Shown here: one piece after another, positions 16,571 through 24,499 of the stretch | How the letters are laid out: each line of letters starts with the position of its first letter | Numbering within the stretch: position 1 is the stretch's first letter | Virus record (IMG/VR): IMGVR_UViG_3300016667_000666 | Span: 1-64,000 of that record | Strand: one strand, 5' to 3' | From: a virus | Length of the DNA stretch: 64,000 nucleotides | Position numbers and translations under genes: made by a program | The notes under the pieces: generated by a model | Database searches by the model: none | Seen by the model: the letters and a program-made list of their open reading frames with translations, nothing else | What the model was told of the DNA's origin: nothing

Positions 16571-16596
16571 GCGGGCATACACAGTGTATCGCTCGC
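16571..16596 (+). repeat. Hairpin family B, copy B6 (GCGGGC-ATACACAGTGTAT-C-GCTCGC)
   Basis: Same ACACAGTGT core, different outer stem with a G-U pair. Confidence 0.7.
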
Positions 16597-16630
16597 ATAT
16601 AGCGCCAAAGAGCGCAAGGAGTAAAGTACC

Positions 16631-17020
16631 ATGAGAATTCCAACCGCAATCGAGGTCAACGCGCAACACCTCATGACCGTCGCCAACGCTGCCAATCGGC
16701 AGCAGGACGCGGAGGCGTACTACCTCTTGCAGGCGTACGCAGACCTCCTCGCGGAGCGCCTGCGTGAAAAGGCGGCGAGTGCTGGCGCCCGCGTGTGGAT
16801 TGTGCAGTGGACCGCGGAGCTCATGCCGCGGGACATCGCATCTCCCGGAGAAACCATCAAATACTTGGTGCCCGGGAAACCGTGGCCCCGAGCCCAACAG
16901 GGCGCCACGGTCGAAATCGACGGGGTCGCACACAAGGTAGTGGTGAATGCCGCCACAAAAAAATCAGGACATGAATGCCAATTCGGCATCTACATTGTCA
17001 AACCCATCTCCGTAGTCTAG
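16631..17020 (+). CDS. Hypothetical protein (129 aa)
   Basis: SD AAGGAG upstream. The 5' UTR is nearly identical to that of gene 17126. Confidence 0.7.
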   Translation: MRIPTAIEVNAQHLMTVANAANRQQDAEAYYLLQAYADLLAERLREKAASAGARVWIVQWTAELMPRDIASPGETIKYLVPGKPWPRAQQGATVEIDGVAHKVVVNAATKKSGHECQFGIYIVKPISVV

Positions 17021-17057
17021 TGTCCACCCGCAACGCTCACCTGCGGTAGGATGTGAG
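17021..17057 (+). repeat. Family A, copy A4
   Basis: TGTCCACCCGCAACGC-CTCAC-CTGCGGTAGGAT-GTGAG, directly after stop TAG. Confidence 0.85.
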
Positions 17058-17069
17058 GAGTATAAGACT

Positions 17070-17094
17070 GCGGGCTGCACAGTGCACTACCCGC
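17070..17094 (+). repeat. Hairpin family B, copy B4 (GCGGG-CTGCACAGTGCA-CTA-CCCGC)
   Basis: Outer stem GCGGG/CCCGC is a third covarying variant. Confidence 0.8.
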
Positions 17095-17125
17095 GTATAG
17101 CGCCGAAGAGCGCAAGGAGTAAACC

Positions 17126-17494
17126 ATGGAGAAGCTTCAAGAACTGAGCAAACAGTTGGAAGTGATCAACACCGAGCCCGCGGCTCAGTGTGCACTCGAG
17201 GGGTACTCGAAAGAGTGCCTCTGTGACAAGTGCCACGGCGTCCGCGCCGAAGAGGAAAACTGGGACTGGGACGAGTACGTGAGATCCCCGTCTCAACGAG
17301 CACGCGCACATGCCTACGCACGCGTGCGCGGGGAGGATGCGGTTACGGCCGCAATCTTCCTCGCAGAGGAGGAAGGTAGCTTTGCCGAGCTGCTTCACCG
17401 GGCGTGGATTATCGCGGAGCATCTTGAGTGGGCAATCAAGCCCGCGCAAGTAATCAAGGAAGCGATCGAGGGTCGCCTCCTTGATCGGCTGTAG
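17126..17494 (+). CDS. Hypothetical protein (122 aa)
   Basis: SD AAGGAG lies 7 nt before the ATG. Confidence 0.7.
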   Translation: MEKLQELSKQLEVINTEPAAQCALEGYSKECLCDKCHGVRAEEENWDWDEYVRSPSQRARAHAYARVRGEDAVTAAIFLAEEEGSFAELLHRAWIIAEHLEWAIKPAQVIKEAIEGRLLDRL

Positions 17495-17562
17495 GCCGTT
17501 CTTGAGCTAGTCGGCAAAGCTCGTTAAACCCCGACTGGATCTACCTAGCGAAAGGAGGTATA

Positions 17563-17841
17563 ATGGATCCACCACTTGCCCGTGTCCGCCACCAGCCACC
17601 GATACGGGCGCCCACTTCGGTGGCTGGTCGGAGGCCCTCGCCACATGGTGGCAATCCCTATCCGGGGACGCTGCCTGTGGCCCTCATAGACCCAGAAGAG
17701 GGCTGGGTCATAGAAAGGAGGCGTGCCTATGATCCTAGAATGGGCCCTCGCACTCGTTTGTTACGCGGGTGCAGGATGCGACGAGCCCACGGTAACGTTA
17801 TCACCTGCGGCGGCGTCGGTTGCCGCGTGCGAAAGCGGTGA
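17563..17841 (+). CDS. Possible small Pro/Arg-rich ORF (up to 92 aa) overlapping the next gene out of frame
   Basis: Very good SD AAAGGAGG lies 5 nt before ATG 17563. The composition is also what a GC-rich off-frame would give. Confidence 0.35.
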   Translation: MDPPLARVRHQPPIRAPTSVAGRRPSPHGGNPYPGTLPVALIDPEEGWVIERRRAYDPRMGPRTRLLRGCRMRRAHGNVITCGGVGCRVRKR

Positions 17842-18148
17842 TACCGTAAGGCGCGGAACCCTCGACTGGGATGCTGTCAACGTGAACGCTGACGGCACCC
17901 GGGATTACGGGGCGTTCCAATTCAATGACCACTGGGTCTGGTCAGATGCTGACCGGTGGTTTATGAACCAGCTGGCTGCGCGACTGCAGATGTCTCCGGA
18001 CACGCTGCTGAGTGCGTGGCCGACAGCAGCTGACGCACCTCCTGCGGTGCAAGTGATTGCATTCGAGATGTTGTGGAACGACGGGCAGGGGTCGTTCCAT
18101 TGGTCGGCTTCCCAGAAGTGCTGGGAAAGCTTGATGAAAGGACAATAG
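17729..18148 (+). CDS. Secreted Rpf/SLT-like lytic transglycosylase (139 aa)
   Basis: SD AAAGGAGG lies 7 nt before ATG 17729. Hydrophobic N-terminus MILEWALALVCYAGAGC. ACESGDT...DYGAFQFNDHWVW resembles the CESGG...GLFQF transglycosylase-like motif. Confidence 0.6.
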   Translation: MILEWALALVCYAGAGCDEPTVTLSPAAASVAACESGDTVRRGTLDWDAVNVNADGTRDYGAFQFNDHWVWSDADRWFMNQLAARLQMSPDTLLSAWPTAADAPPAVQVIAFEMLWNDGQGSFHWSASQKCWESLMKGQ

Positions 18149-18151
18149 ACA

Positions 18152-18409
18152 ATGTTTCAAGCATCTGAGCAGTACCGCGTCGAGGCACTCGTAACCCGGG
18201 GCTCAAAAGAGCAAAGGGTTACATTCCACGTTCGCGCCGCTTCCATGAAGGAAGCTGGCCCAGAGGCGGTTCGTGCCGCTGACCGGTGGGTTCAGCAAAA
18301 TATCGGCATCGCCTTGCCAGTGTTTCCCGGGAAGCACTGGCAACGGCTCGGCCGTGTGCTTGTGTACAACAATTACCGCATCAAGGTGTGGTTGTACATT
18401 AGCTACTAA
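18152..18409 (+). CDS. Hypothetical protein (85 aa)
   Basis: SD GAAAGGA lies 9 nt before the ATG. Confidence 0.65.
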   Translation: MFQASEQYRVEALVTRGSKEQRVTFHVRAASMKEAGPEAVRAADRWVQQNIGIALPVFPGKHWQRLGRVLVYNNYRIKVWLYISY

Positions 18410-18447
18410 GTTCACCTGCAACGCCCGCCTGCAGATATGGATGCGGG
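18410..18447 (+). repeat. Family A, copy A5 (stem variant CCCGC/GCGGG)
   Basis: GTTCACCTGCAACGC-CCCGC-CTGCAGATATGGAT-GCGGG, directly after stop TAA. Confidence 0.85.
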
Positions 18448-18454
18448 GTTCGTT

Positions 18455-18476
18455 CAGTACACAAAGTGTGTGCTGT
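18455..18476 (+). repeat. Hairpin family B-like, copy B8 (CAG-TACACAAAGTGTGTG-CTG)
   Basis: Shares the ACA(A/C)AGTGT core. More divergent than the others. Confidence 0.5.
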
Positions 18477-18492
18477 AGAGAAAGGAAACGTT

Positions 18493-18762
18493 GTGAACCG
18501 GCTAAACTTGTCCCCGTTCGAGCAGGATCGTATTCTCGATTTAGTGCAGCAGCATCGGAAGGCAATGGAGCTGCTCGAACTCACTAAGGCAGAGGCAGAA
18601 GCGCTTGCACAGCGCAAAGCGGCCTTAATCGCCTCCCTTGAAGAAGCACTTGCTCAGGGGGAAGTAAACCCCGGGTACATGCTCAAGTTTTTGCTCCAGC
18701 TGGAGTTGGAGCAAGACCTGCTCGACCTCTATCGCCGCTACGCGGCAGAAAGGAAGAACTAG
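18493..18762 (+). CDS. Hypothetical coiled-coil protein (89 aa)
   Basis: SD GAAAGGA lies 6 nt before GTG 18493. Confidence 0.55.
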   Translation: MNRLNLSPFEQDRILDLVQQHRKAMELLELTKAEAEALAQRKAALIASLEEALAQGEVNPGYMLKFLLQLELEQDLLDLYRRYAAERKN

Positions 18763-18763
18763 G

Positions 18764-18982
18764 ATGCTGATCCAAACGCAGGGAAACGCGTCATGGACGC
18801 GGAAGCAGCTGTTTCTCCTAGGGATCCGATCGACGCAAGTCGACTACGACGTGCTCGACGTACACGTCGCTGATCACAAGGAGTTGCGCCGCCCGTGGCA
18901 CGCGCTGGGTGGCGGCCCCAGCTACCGTCCGTGGGAAGTGATGTTTGAGGTGAACGGTAACGTCGTCGAAGAAGAGGACTAG
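18764..18982 (+). CDS. Hypothetical protein (72 aa)
   Basis: SD AAAGGAAG upstream. Starts 2 nt after the previous stop. Confidence 0.55.
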   Translation: MLIQTQGNASWTRKQLFLLGIRSTQVDYDVLDVHVADHKELRRPWHALGGGPSYRPWEVMFEVNGNVVEEED

Positions 18983-18986
18983 CAGT

Positions 18987-19049
18987 CCGCGGAGTGGGCG
19001 GATAACCGCACAACTTGCCCACCATTGCAGAAGTTACGTGTCCTTCTGC
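18987..19049 (+). repeat. Family D, copy D2
   Basis: GGAGTGGGCGGATAACCGCACAACTTGCCCACCATTGCAG followed by hairpin GCAGAAG..CTTCTGC. Confidence 0.75.
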
Positions 19050-19079
19050 GCTTTATTGTATGACACGAAGGAGTACGGT

Positions 19080-19556
19080 ATGTATTACCTGTACGTTGGT
19101 GACATGATTGACTATGTGGAGTCGTTTGAGCAGGTCAGTGCTGGCATTGCCGCCGCACGGCAGCACACCGACTGTCTGCTCGTCTACGAGAACGGCCAGC
19201 CGGTGGCGTGGCGGCGGCCGTCGGGAGACCACTGGGAAGCGACGACAGCGTCCTGCTCCCGGTGCGGAGAAGAGCTGTGGGGGGACGCCGCTGTGCAAAT
19301 GCAGTGGCTCGACGGCGATCTCGTGTGCGATGAGTGCGGCGAAGGGGATTACCCCGCCGTGCGAGAGGAGTTAGCGGGCTCGCTTTTCGACGCGTTGCAG
19401 GCATGGGTCACCACAGTGACTGACAAAGTCGACCTGCCCGCTACGGCAAAGCAAGTGCTGGAGGAACGCTTGCGTCGGGCTCTCGGAGGGGATGCCGAGC
19501 TCGACGACTTGTTCCGTCGGATATTTGGCTTTGGTACGAACGACATCGGCCGGTAA
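19080..19556 (+). CDS. Hypothetical protein (158 aa) with CxxC...CxxC zinc ribbon
   Basis: SD GAAGGAG lies 6 nt before ATG 19080. CSRCGEE...CDECGEG motif present. Confidence 0.65.
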   Translation: MYYLYVGDMIDYVESFEQVSAGIAAARQHTDCLLVYENGQPVAWRRPSGDHWEATTASCSRCGEELWGDAAVQMQWLDGDLVCDECGEGDYPAVREELAGSLFDALQAWVTTVTDKVDLPATAKQVLEERLRRALGGDAELDDLFRRIFGFGTNDIGR

Positions 19557-19569
19557 GTATGGGGACTGT

Positions 19570-19594
19570 GCGGGTCTACAAAGTGTAGGCCCGC
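19570..19594 (+). repeat. Hairpin family B, copy B7 (GCGGG-TCTACAAAGTGTAGG-CCCGC)
   Basis: Read directly, 21 nt upstream of ATG 19616. Confidence 0.7.
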
Positions 19595-19615
19595 TTTGCA
19601 TAAGGAGATAGTACC

Positions 19616-19807
19616 ATGAAGATCGTAGTCTACGTTGACGGGCATCGCTGCAAGGAGAGTGATGCCCATGCTGAGGTTCAGATGCTTCAGGCTCTCATAC
19701 CTTGCGCACGTATCACGCTTGTGCGTGGGATGGCGTGGGCGGACGAGCTGGCATTTGCCGATGCCGTGTACCGACACAAGGAAGTATTGGTAGTCTTTTT
19801 TTACTAA
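19616..19807 (+). CDS. Hypothetical protein (63 aa)
   Basis: SD TAAGGAG upstream. CATAAGGAGATAGT is repeated before the next gene. Confidence 0.6.
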   Translation: MKIVVYVDGHRCKESDAHAEVQMLQALIPCARITLVRGMAWADELAFADAVYRHKEVLVVFFY

Positions 19808-19822
19808 CATAAGGAGATAGTC

Positions 19823-20323
19823 GTGACTAAGAAGAGCAATAACCTCGTGTGGACGCCCGGGACATGGACAAACCGTGAACACGACCTGCAGGACGGTCGG
19901 CACTTCAAGACCTTCAAGTTGAGCGGGTCGAATGACCCAGTCTTGGAGATGCTCCACCCAGACACTCCCATCGATCCCGAGGGCAACGTGGGGTGGTGGA
20001 TGGTCGACAACTTCGACCCGCGAGAATGGTACCTCGTCCGGGTGTACACTCATCGGGAGTCATCCCACCCGAACATGTGGCACCGAATACGCACGACGCG
20101 GGAGTACCTTGTGGAACTCAACCCGTTGTTCCACTTAGGCTGGCACCATTACCGGCCCTCTACGGGGTACCGAGATAACGTGCTTACCGGGGTGATGGTG
20201 AGCAAGTTTTGCCCTCGAGAAGGGACTGAGTTGCAAGGGCATATCTCCGACTCATCAGCTACTCAGAAGTATCCGTTTACTTTCCGCTATAGAAAGGAGT
20301 TAGTCAGCATCACACGAATCTAG
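19823..20323 (+). CDS. Hypothetical protein (166 aa)
   Basis: SD TAAGGAG lies 7 nt before GTG 19823. Confidence 0.6.
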   Translation: MTKKSNNLVWTPGTWTNREHDLQDGRHFKTFKLSGSNDPVLEMLHPDTPIDPEGNVGWWMVDNFDPREWYLVRVYTHRESSHPNMWHRIRTTREYLVELNPLFHLGWHHYRPSTGYRDNVLTGVMVSKFCPREGTELQGHISDSSATQKYPFTFRYRKELVSITRI

Positions 20324-20361
20324 TCAGTTCCCTACGCCTGCGTGGGTGAGTATGCAGGGTG

Positions 20362-20367
20362 TATAAT
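20362..20367 (+). promoter_or_regulatory. Consensus -10 TATAAT 20 nt upstream of GTG 20388; no clear -35
   Basis: Read directly. Weak as a stand-alone call. Confidence 0.3.
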
Positions 20368-20387
20368 AGTAGCAGAAAGGAACGATT

Positions 20388-20879
20388 GTGGCAAAGATTC
20401 GCTACAACAAGCCAACGCTTGAGTCGTTGGTGAAGAGTCAGGTTCGGCTGTATTGGAACAGCCACAAGAAGCTGTTCAGTGTGCAAGCCCCCTACCCCAG
20501 CGACCGCGGGGTGAAGTGGATCGTGGTCGGACACACCGCCAATGTGCAGCTGACCAACTGCACGTTTCAGGTCAGCGCTGCTGGCCACCGTCGTGCGTTG
20601 CGTGAGGGCGTGAAAAACGTCCACGCATTCGTGCGTGGGACGTTGGCGGGGGTCGATGCTGTCGAAATCCCCGAAGAACAAACGGACGTGCTGTACAACG
20701 TCTATCCCGTTCGCTCCGTATGGTACTCTCTACAAGACGGGTGTTTCGCCACCCGTATCGGTGTGGACGTATGGCGTGTCTATAGCTCTCCGCAGGTGTG
20801 GCTCACCTGCGGGACGAACCCGATTGTGAAAGCATGGAATCCGTACACTAACCTAGACGAGCTCTACAAGACACTGTAG
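20388..20879 (+). CDS. Hypothetical protein (163 aa)
   Basis: SD GAAAGGA lies 7 nt before GTG 20388. Confidence 0.6.
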   Translation: MAKIRYNKPTLESLVKSQVRLYWNSHKKLFSVQAPYPSDRGVKWIVVGHTANVQLTNCTFQVSAAGHRRALREGVKNVHAFVRGTLAGVDAVEIPEEQTDVLYNVYPVRSVWYSLQDGCFATRIGVDVWRVYSSPQVWLTCGTNPIVKAWNPYTNLDELYKTL

Positions 20880-20938
20880 AGTAGTTCGTCAACGGAACAG
20901 GCAACCGTTCAACCGTGCATTATGTTATGGAGGTAGTT

Positions 20939-21295
20939 ATGAAGATTGATCGTAAAGCGTTGCAAGAGCTCCGTGAGCTCCTAGTATCAGCGCGGGAGCT
21001 AGCGGGCTTTGCGGCTGAGTGTGAGCGTACACACTCAGGAAGTATCCGACCGTCCGAGTTCATGGGCTTTGTAATGATTAACATCGGGTATTTGGGATTG
21101 GAGGCTTTCGTGGTCATCAACGACGACGCCGATGAATGGCGTGACGGCTTCGAGGGCATCTTGTACGCTCTGTGTCGGAGCGTTGATAAAGCCATTGACA
21201 ATCCGCACTCTGAAAAGCAAAAAGAGCTACTTGAAGAGCTCAAAGGCGTGATTATAAGCATTGATCAGTGGCACACGAAATACGTGGCCGACTGA
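20939..21295 (+). CDS. Hypothetical protein (118 aa)
   Basis: SD TGGAGG lies 6 nt before ATG 20939. Confidence 0.6.
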   Translation: MKIDRKALQELRELLVSARELAGFAAECERTHSGSIRPSEFMGFVMINIGYLGLEAFVVINDDADEWRDGFEGILYALCRSVDKAIDNPHSEKQKELLEELKGVIISIDQWHTKYVAD

Positions 21296-21302
21296 TCTCT
21301 GA

Positions 21303-21346
21303 CTGAGTCTGTGCGGGGTAACAGTATAACTTTCCGCACGTATGTT
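21303..21346 (+). repeat. Intergenic element family C, divergent copy C1
   Basis: CTGAGTCTGTGCGGGGTAACAGTATAACTTTCCGCACGTATGTT; stem TGCGG/CCGCA. Confidence 0.6.
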
Positions 21347-21358
21347 AAGGAGGTTGGC

Positions 21359-21556
21359 ATGGAGCCTGAAATGGAGCCTGAGTTTGTGTACCGAATGGAG
21401 AAGTCCGAGGCAGTAGCTGCGCTCGGCTTCTCCATCACCGACGAGGAGTGGGCGGCACTCGTCACCGCCATGGAGATCTCGGAGCTCGGCCCTCCGCGTA
21501 TGGCTGAGTTTGTGTGTGAAATGTGGAATAATTTACAAGTAGAAGGAGAAAAGTAA
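21359..21556 (+). CDS. Hypothetical acidic protein (65 aa)
   Basis: SD TAAGGAGG lies 6 nt before ATG 21359. Confidence 0.6.
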   Translation: MEPEMEPEFVYRMEKSEAVAALGFSITDEEWAALVTAMEISELGPPRMAEFVCEMWNNLQVEGEK

Positions 21557-22185
21557 TGCCTAACAACATGATCGCCCCAGAGTTGACCAAGCGTATTGCC
21601 CGGTTGCCGGGGCTGCGCTATATCTACGGGAAGGACGGGCACATCTACCTCATCGTGGACACTCCGGAGGGGCGAGCCGATCGCGTGGCGATCCTCGGCA
21701 AGGGTGCTCGAGCGCTGGAGAAACTCCAGATTATCGTCACGATGATCGAGGGTACGCTGGCGTACCTCGGATACGAAGATCCACCGTCAGCACGGATTGA
21801 CATTAATCGTTGGGTGTCAGTCTGTTGGCTCCGTGAGGAGATTGACGATGCCGGTGCCGATGTGGAGGCATTCCGTCAGTACGTGACGGAACGCGGCAAC
21901 GAATTTTTGGCAGACAGTAAGGTGGGCTTTTACTCCACCTTCGACGAGGGCAAGATCAAGCAAGTCACGGTCCGAAACCATGACTCTGGTGAGGAGTATC
22001 TCGTGTATGTCTGCGGATTGACGTACAATCCGGAAAACCCCATTCATGTAGCCTATGACGAAGGCTACAGAGGGGAGGGGATAGCGTACTGGGACGTACC
22101 GTTACTTTTCATTGACGGTCCACTACAACACGGCGTGGGATACATGTTGGACGAGGTAACGGAAATCATTCAGCCAGACCGTTAG
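21556..22185 (+). CDS. Hypothetical protein (209 aa)
   Basis: TAATG junction, SD GAAGGAG. Confidence 0.7.
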   Translation: MPNNMIAPELTKRIARLPGLRYIYGKDGHIYLIVDTPEGRADRVAILGKGARALEKLQIIVTMIEGTLAYLGYEDPPSARIDINRWVSVCWLREEIDDAGADVEAFRQYVTERGNEFLADSKVGFYSTFDEGKIKQVTVRNHDSGEEYLVYVCGLTYNPENPIHVAYDEGYRGEGIAYWDVPLLFIDGPLQHGVGYMLDEVTEIIQPDR

Positions 22186-22257
22186 TCCACCCTGAGTGCG
22201 GAGGTAACAGGTTAAACTTTCCGCGTATTATTGTTATGTTTCTCAGAAAGGAACAAC
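22186..22257 (+). repeat. Family C, copy C2 (~72 nt)
   Basis: TCCACCCTGAGTGCGGAGGTAACAGGTTAAACTTTCCGCGTATTATTGTTATGTTTCTCAGAAAGGAACAAC. Confidence 0.85.
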
Positions 22258-22263
22258 AACACC

Positions 22264-22806
22264 ATGGACAACAACACCATGAACTTCAGCCTCACGTACA
22301 AGAGCCTGCGTATCACCAGCTCAAACCCGAAGAACCCCACGCTTCGGGATGTCCGTGACGTACGTGACGTGACCATTTATGGATTTGCGGAGGATCGCTT
22401 CGCGGTCTACGCAGCATGTGCAGCCGCTTTGAACAAGAGCCCTTGGGTCTCTTGGACTCGGCCCGGTACTTGGGAACTTGGCATCGACAACCGTCTCGTC
22501 GAGATCCCGCTGTGGATCTTAAGGTTTGAAGAAACCAAAATCTCCACTGGCTGGGGGGCCGATGACGGTAGCGGCATTGAGGTTACCGCATTTTACGTGG
22601 TAAAACCGTTTGTGGCTTTTACCCCAGCGGACATCCGCCTTATAGAAACCGACGAGGAGACTGACGAGGTGTATACTTCCATCCGTCAGCATAACGGCAT
22701 GGACAGCGCAGGTGTGCTGTGGGATACACAGTACGACCTTGCTGTGCCTGTTCGAGAACTCAGCGAGTTCTTCAACCCGTGGAAAACCACGTACTCGGAG
22801 GTTTAA
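22264..22806 (+). CDS. Hypothetical protein (180 aa)
   Basis: SD GAAAGGA is part of element C2. ATG at 22264. Confidence 0.65.
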   Translation: MDNNTMNFSLTYKSLRITSSNPKNPTLRDVRDVRDVTIYGFAEDRFAVYAACAAALNKSPWVSWTRPGTWELGIDNRLVEIPLWILRFEETKISTGWGADDGSGIEVTAFYVVKPFVAFTPADIRLIETDEETDEVYTSIRQHNGMDSAGVLWDTQYDLAVPVRELSEFFNPWKTTYSEV

Positions 22807-23036
22807 TGTACACAGTTTCGTTCATAGGGATCGATCGCTTCTTCCGCACTTGTGTGGAAGAAGCGACGTTTCAATCTGAGGTAGCGGCTCGGCTGTTTGC
22901 CGAAGCCGTGTCGGCCAAATACGGGTGGGCTACGCTGTCCTACGAGGCAGCTGAAATAGACCCAAGGTTTAATCGTCCCAAGTTGGTGACGAAGTTGTTC
23001 GTGAAAGGAACAGCACAATGGTTGAGTTCAAAGTGA
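22806..23036 (+). CDS. Hypothetical protein (76 aa)
   Basis: TAATG junction, SD GGAGG 5 nt upstream. Confidence 0.6.
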   Translation: MYTVSFIGIDRFFRTCVEEATFQSEVAARLFAEAVSAKYGWATLSYEAAEIDPRFNRPKLVTKLFVKGTAQWLSSK

Positions 23037-23590
23037 TTGGCGTGCGATCGATGGAGTACCGTGACCTTAACCGCGAGGTTATAGTGTACGAAAGATTCGA
23101 GGCAATGCGAGAAGTACGGCGCTTCCTCGCTGCGGGATTTCCCAGCGTAATTGTGGTGGTGGACGACGAAAAGATCGGGTACACTAATGACGTGTACGCT
23201 GACTACTACTTCGCACAGCCGCTTCCACGCACTAAGAAGTCGTTAGCCGTGTGGGAGCCAAGCGCCATCGTGCTAGGAGACGATGTAGCCACGCTATGGC
23301 GGCTTAACTTAGTGCATTCTAACCACGCTGTTCAGCTGGTTGAGTGGGTTGTCGAGGTAGAGCAGATAGGGCGCGAAGTTCAAAGCGCCCCGGTATTTTT
23401 GGATCCAGCAGTACTGCAGTGGCGGCTGCTGAATGGGTATCTACAAACGCATGATATACCTGTAGGTACATCATGGAAATGCACGTATCCGGAAGAAATG
23501 GAGGAGTGGCTCAATGCGGTTTTCCGCTACGAGCCAGATGATCGGCAGTACTTCTCGTTCAAGGACGGCGTCGTCACCGTTATTAGTTAG
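23018..23590 (+). CDS. Hypothetical protein (190 aa)
   Basis: SD GAAAGGA lies 8 nt before the ATG. 19-nt overlap with the previous gene. Confidence 0.65.
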   Translation: MVEFKVIGVRSMEYRDLNREVIVYERFEAMREVRRFLAAGFPSVIVVVDDEKIGYTNDVYADYYFAQPLPRTKKSLAVWEPSAIVLGDDVATLWRLNLVHSNHAVQLVEWVVEVEQIGREVQSAPVFLDPAVLQWRLLNGYLQTHDIPVGTSWKCTYPEEMEEWLNAVFRYEPDDRQYFSFKDGVVTVIS

Positions 23591-23661
23591 TCCACCCTGA
23601 GTGCGGAGGCAACAGGTTAAACTTTCCGCTTATTCTTTACTGTTTCTTAGAAAGGAACAAC
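23591..23661 (+). repeat. Family C, copy C3
   Basis: TCCACCCTGAGTGCGGAGGCAACAGGTTAAACTTTCCGCTTATTCTTTACTGTTTCTTAGAAAGGAACAAC. Confidence 0.85.
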
Positions 23662-23662
23662 T

Positions 23663-24007
23663 ATGTCAATCTTACTGAGCTTGGAACTGCGACACGGGGA
23701 CTACGTGACGTATCCGACGGTTCACCTCCCCTTGGATGAAGACGACGATGTGATGGAGGACGACGACGAGCTGTGCGCGCTTGGTGTCGCACAGCTGCGT
23801 GCCATGACCGGTATGGCTCCTCCAGATCATGCTTTTATCGACACTTGGGACTCTTCTGATGGGTTTGCCCCAGAGGAGGTAGACCCCCCGTTCGTGTCAA
23901 TTCACTACACTGTGGCTGAAATTGTAAAGGCGGGTCTGACTGCCAGCGAATTTCAGCAAATCGTTACCGAGTTTGCTAATCAGCTTCTTAGCAAAAAAGG
24001 AGAATAG
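23663..24007 (+). CDS. Hypothetical acidic protein (114 aa)
   Basis: The SD lies within C3. Confidence 0.65.
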   Translation: MSILLSLELRHGDYVTYPTVHLPLDEDDDVMEDDDELCALGVAQLRAMTGMAPPDHAFIDTWDSSDGFAPEEVDPPFVSIHYTVAEIVKAGLTASEFQQIVTEFANQLLSKKGE

Positions 24008-24009
24008 TA

Positions 24010-24420
24010 ATGTCTTTCTTCACACGCGACAAGAACCGGTTTGGTGAGAACAAGTACGTCGTCACTGTCATCTGGCGTTCCGGAGACGTCTGGGCGCCGC
24101 TCGGCCTCCATTACTTTGTCTTTGACAACAAAGAAGAGGCCGAAGTGTTTTTTACCGACAAAGACCGGGCTCTCCGACAACGTTGGGAATATAACTGGCT
24201 AAACCAAGGCAACACATTTTGGACAGCCCGGATTCTTGTGATTCTTACCCAGCGCGACGGGCACTCGGAAAGAGGATGGCAAGGCTTTACCCTCAGCGAC
24301 GAAGAGGTTGTGCGTTCTTGTTTACAGCGCGAGATGGACCCGGAGCCCTGTCTTGCAGAGCGGGCCAAGCTGCTTGAGTCGCGTGACGTGCCGCTGTGGG
24401 TCGGCTGGAAGAAGGAATAG
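24010..24420 (+). CDS. Hypothetical protein (136 aa)
   Basis: SD AAAGGAG lies 7 nt before the ATG. Confidence 0.65.
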   Translation: MSFFTRDKNRFGENKYVVTVIWRSGDVWAPLGLHYFVFDNKEEAEVFFTDKDRALRQRWEYNWLNQGNTFWTARILVILTQRDGHSERGWQGFTLSDEEVVRSCLQREMDPEPCLAERAKLLESRDVPLWVGWKKE

Positions 24421-24492
24421 TCCGCCCTGAGTACGGAGGCAACAGGTTAAACTTTCCGTGTATTCTTTATTGTGTTTCTCAGAAAGGAAACA
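24421..24492 (+). repeat. Family C, copy C4 (stem variant ACGGA/TCCGT)
   Basis: TCCGCCCTGAGTACGGAGGCAACAGGTTAAACTTTCCGTGTATTCTTTATTGTGTTTCTCAGAAAGGAAAC. Confidence 0.85.
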
Positions 24493-24499
24493 AAGCACT

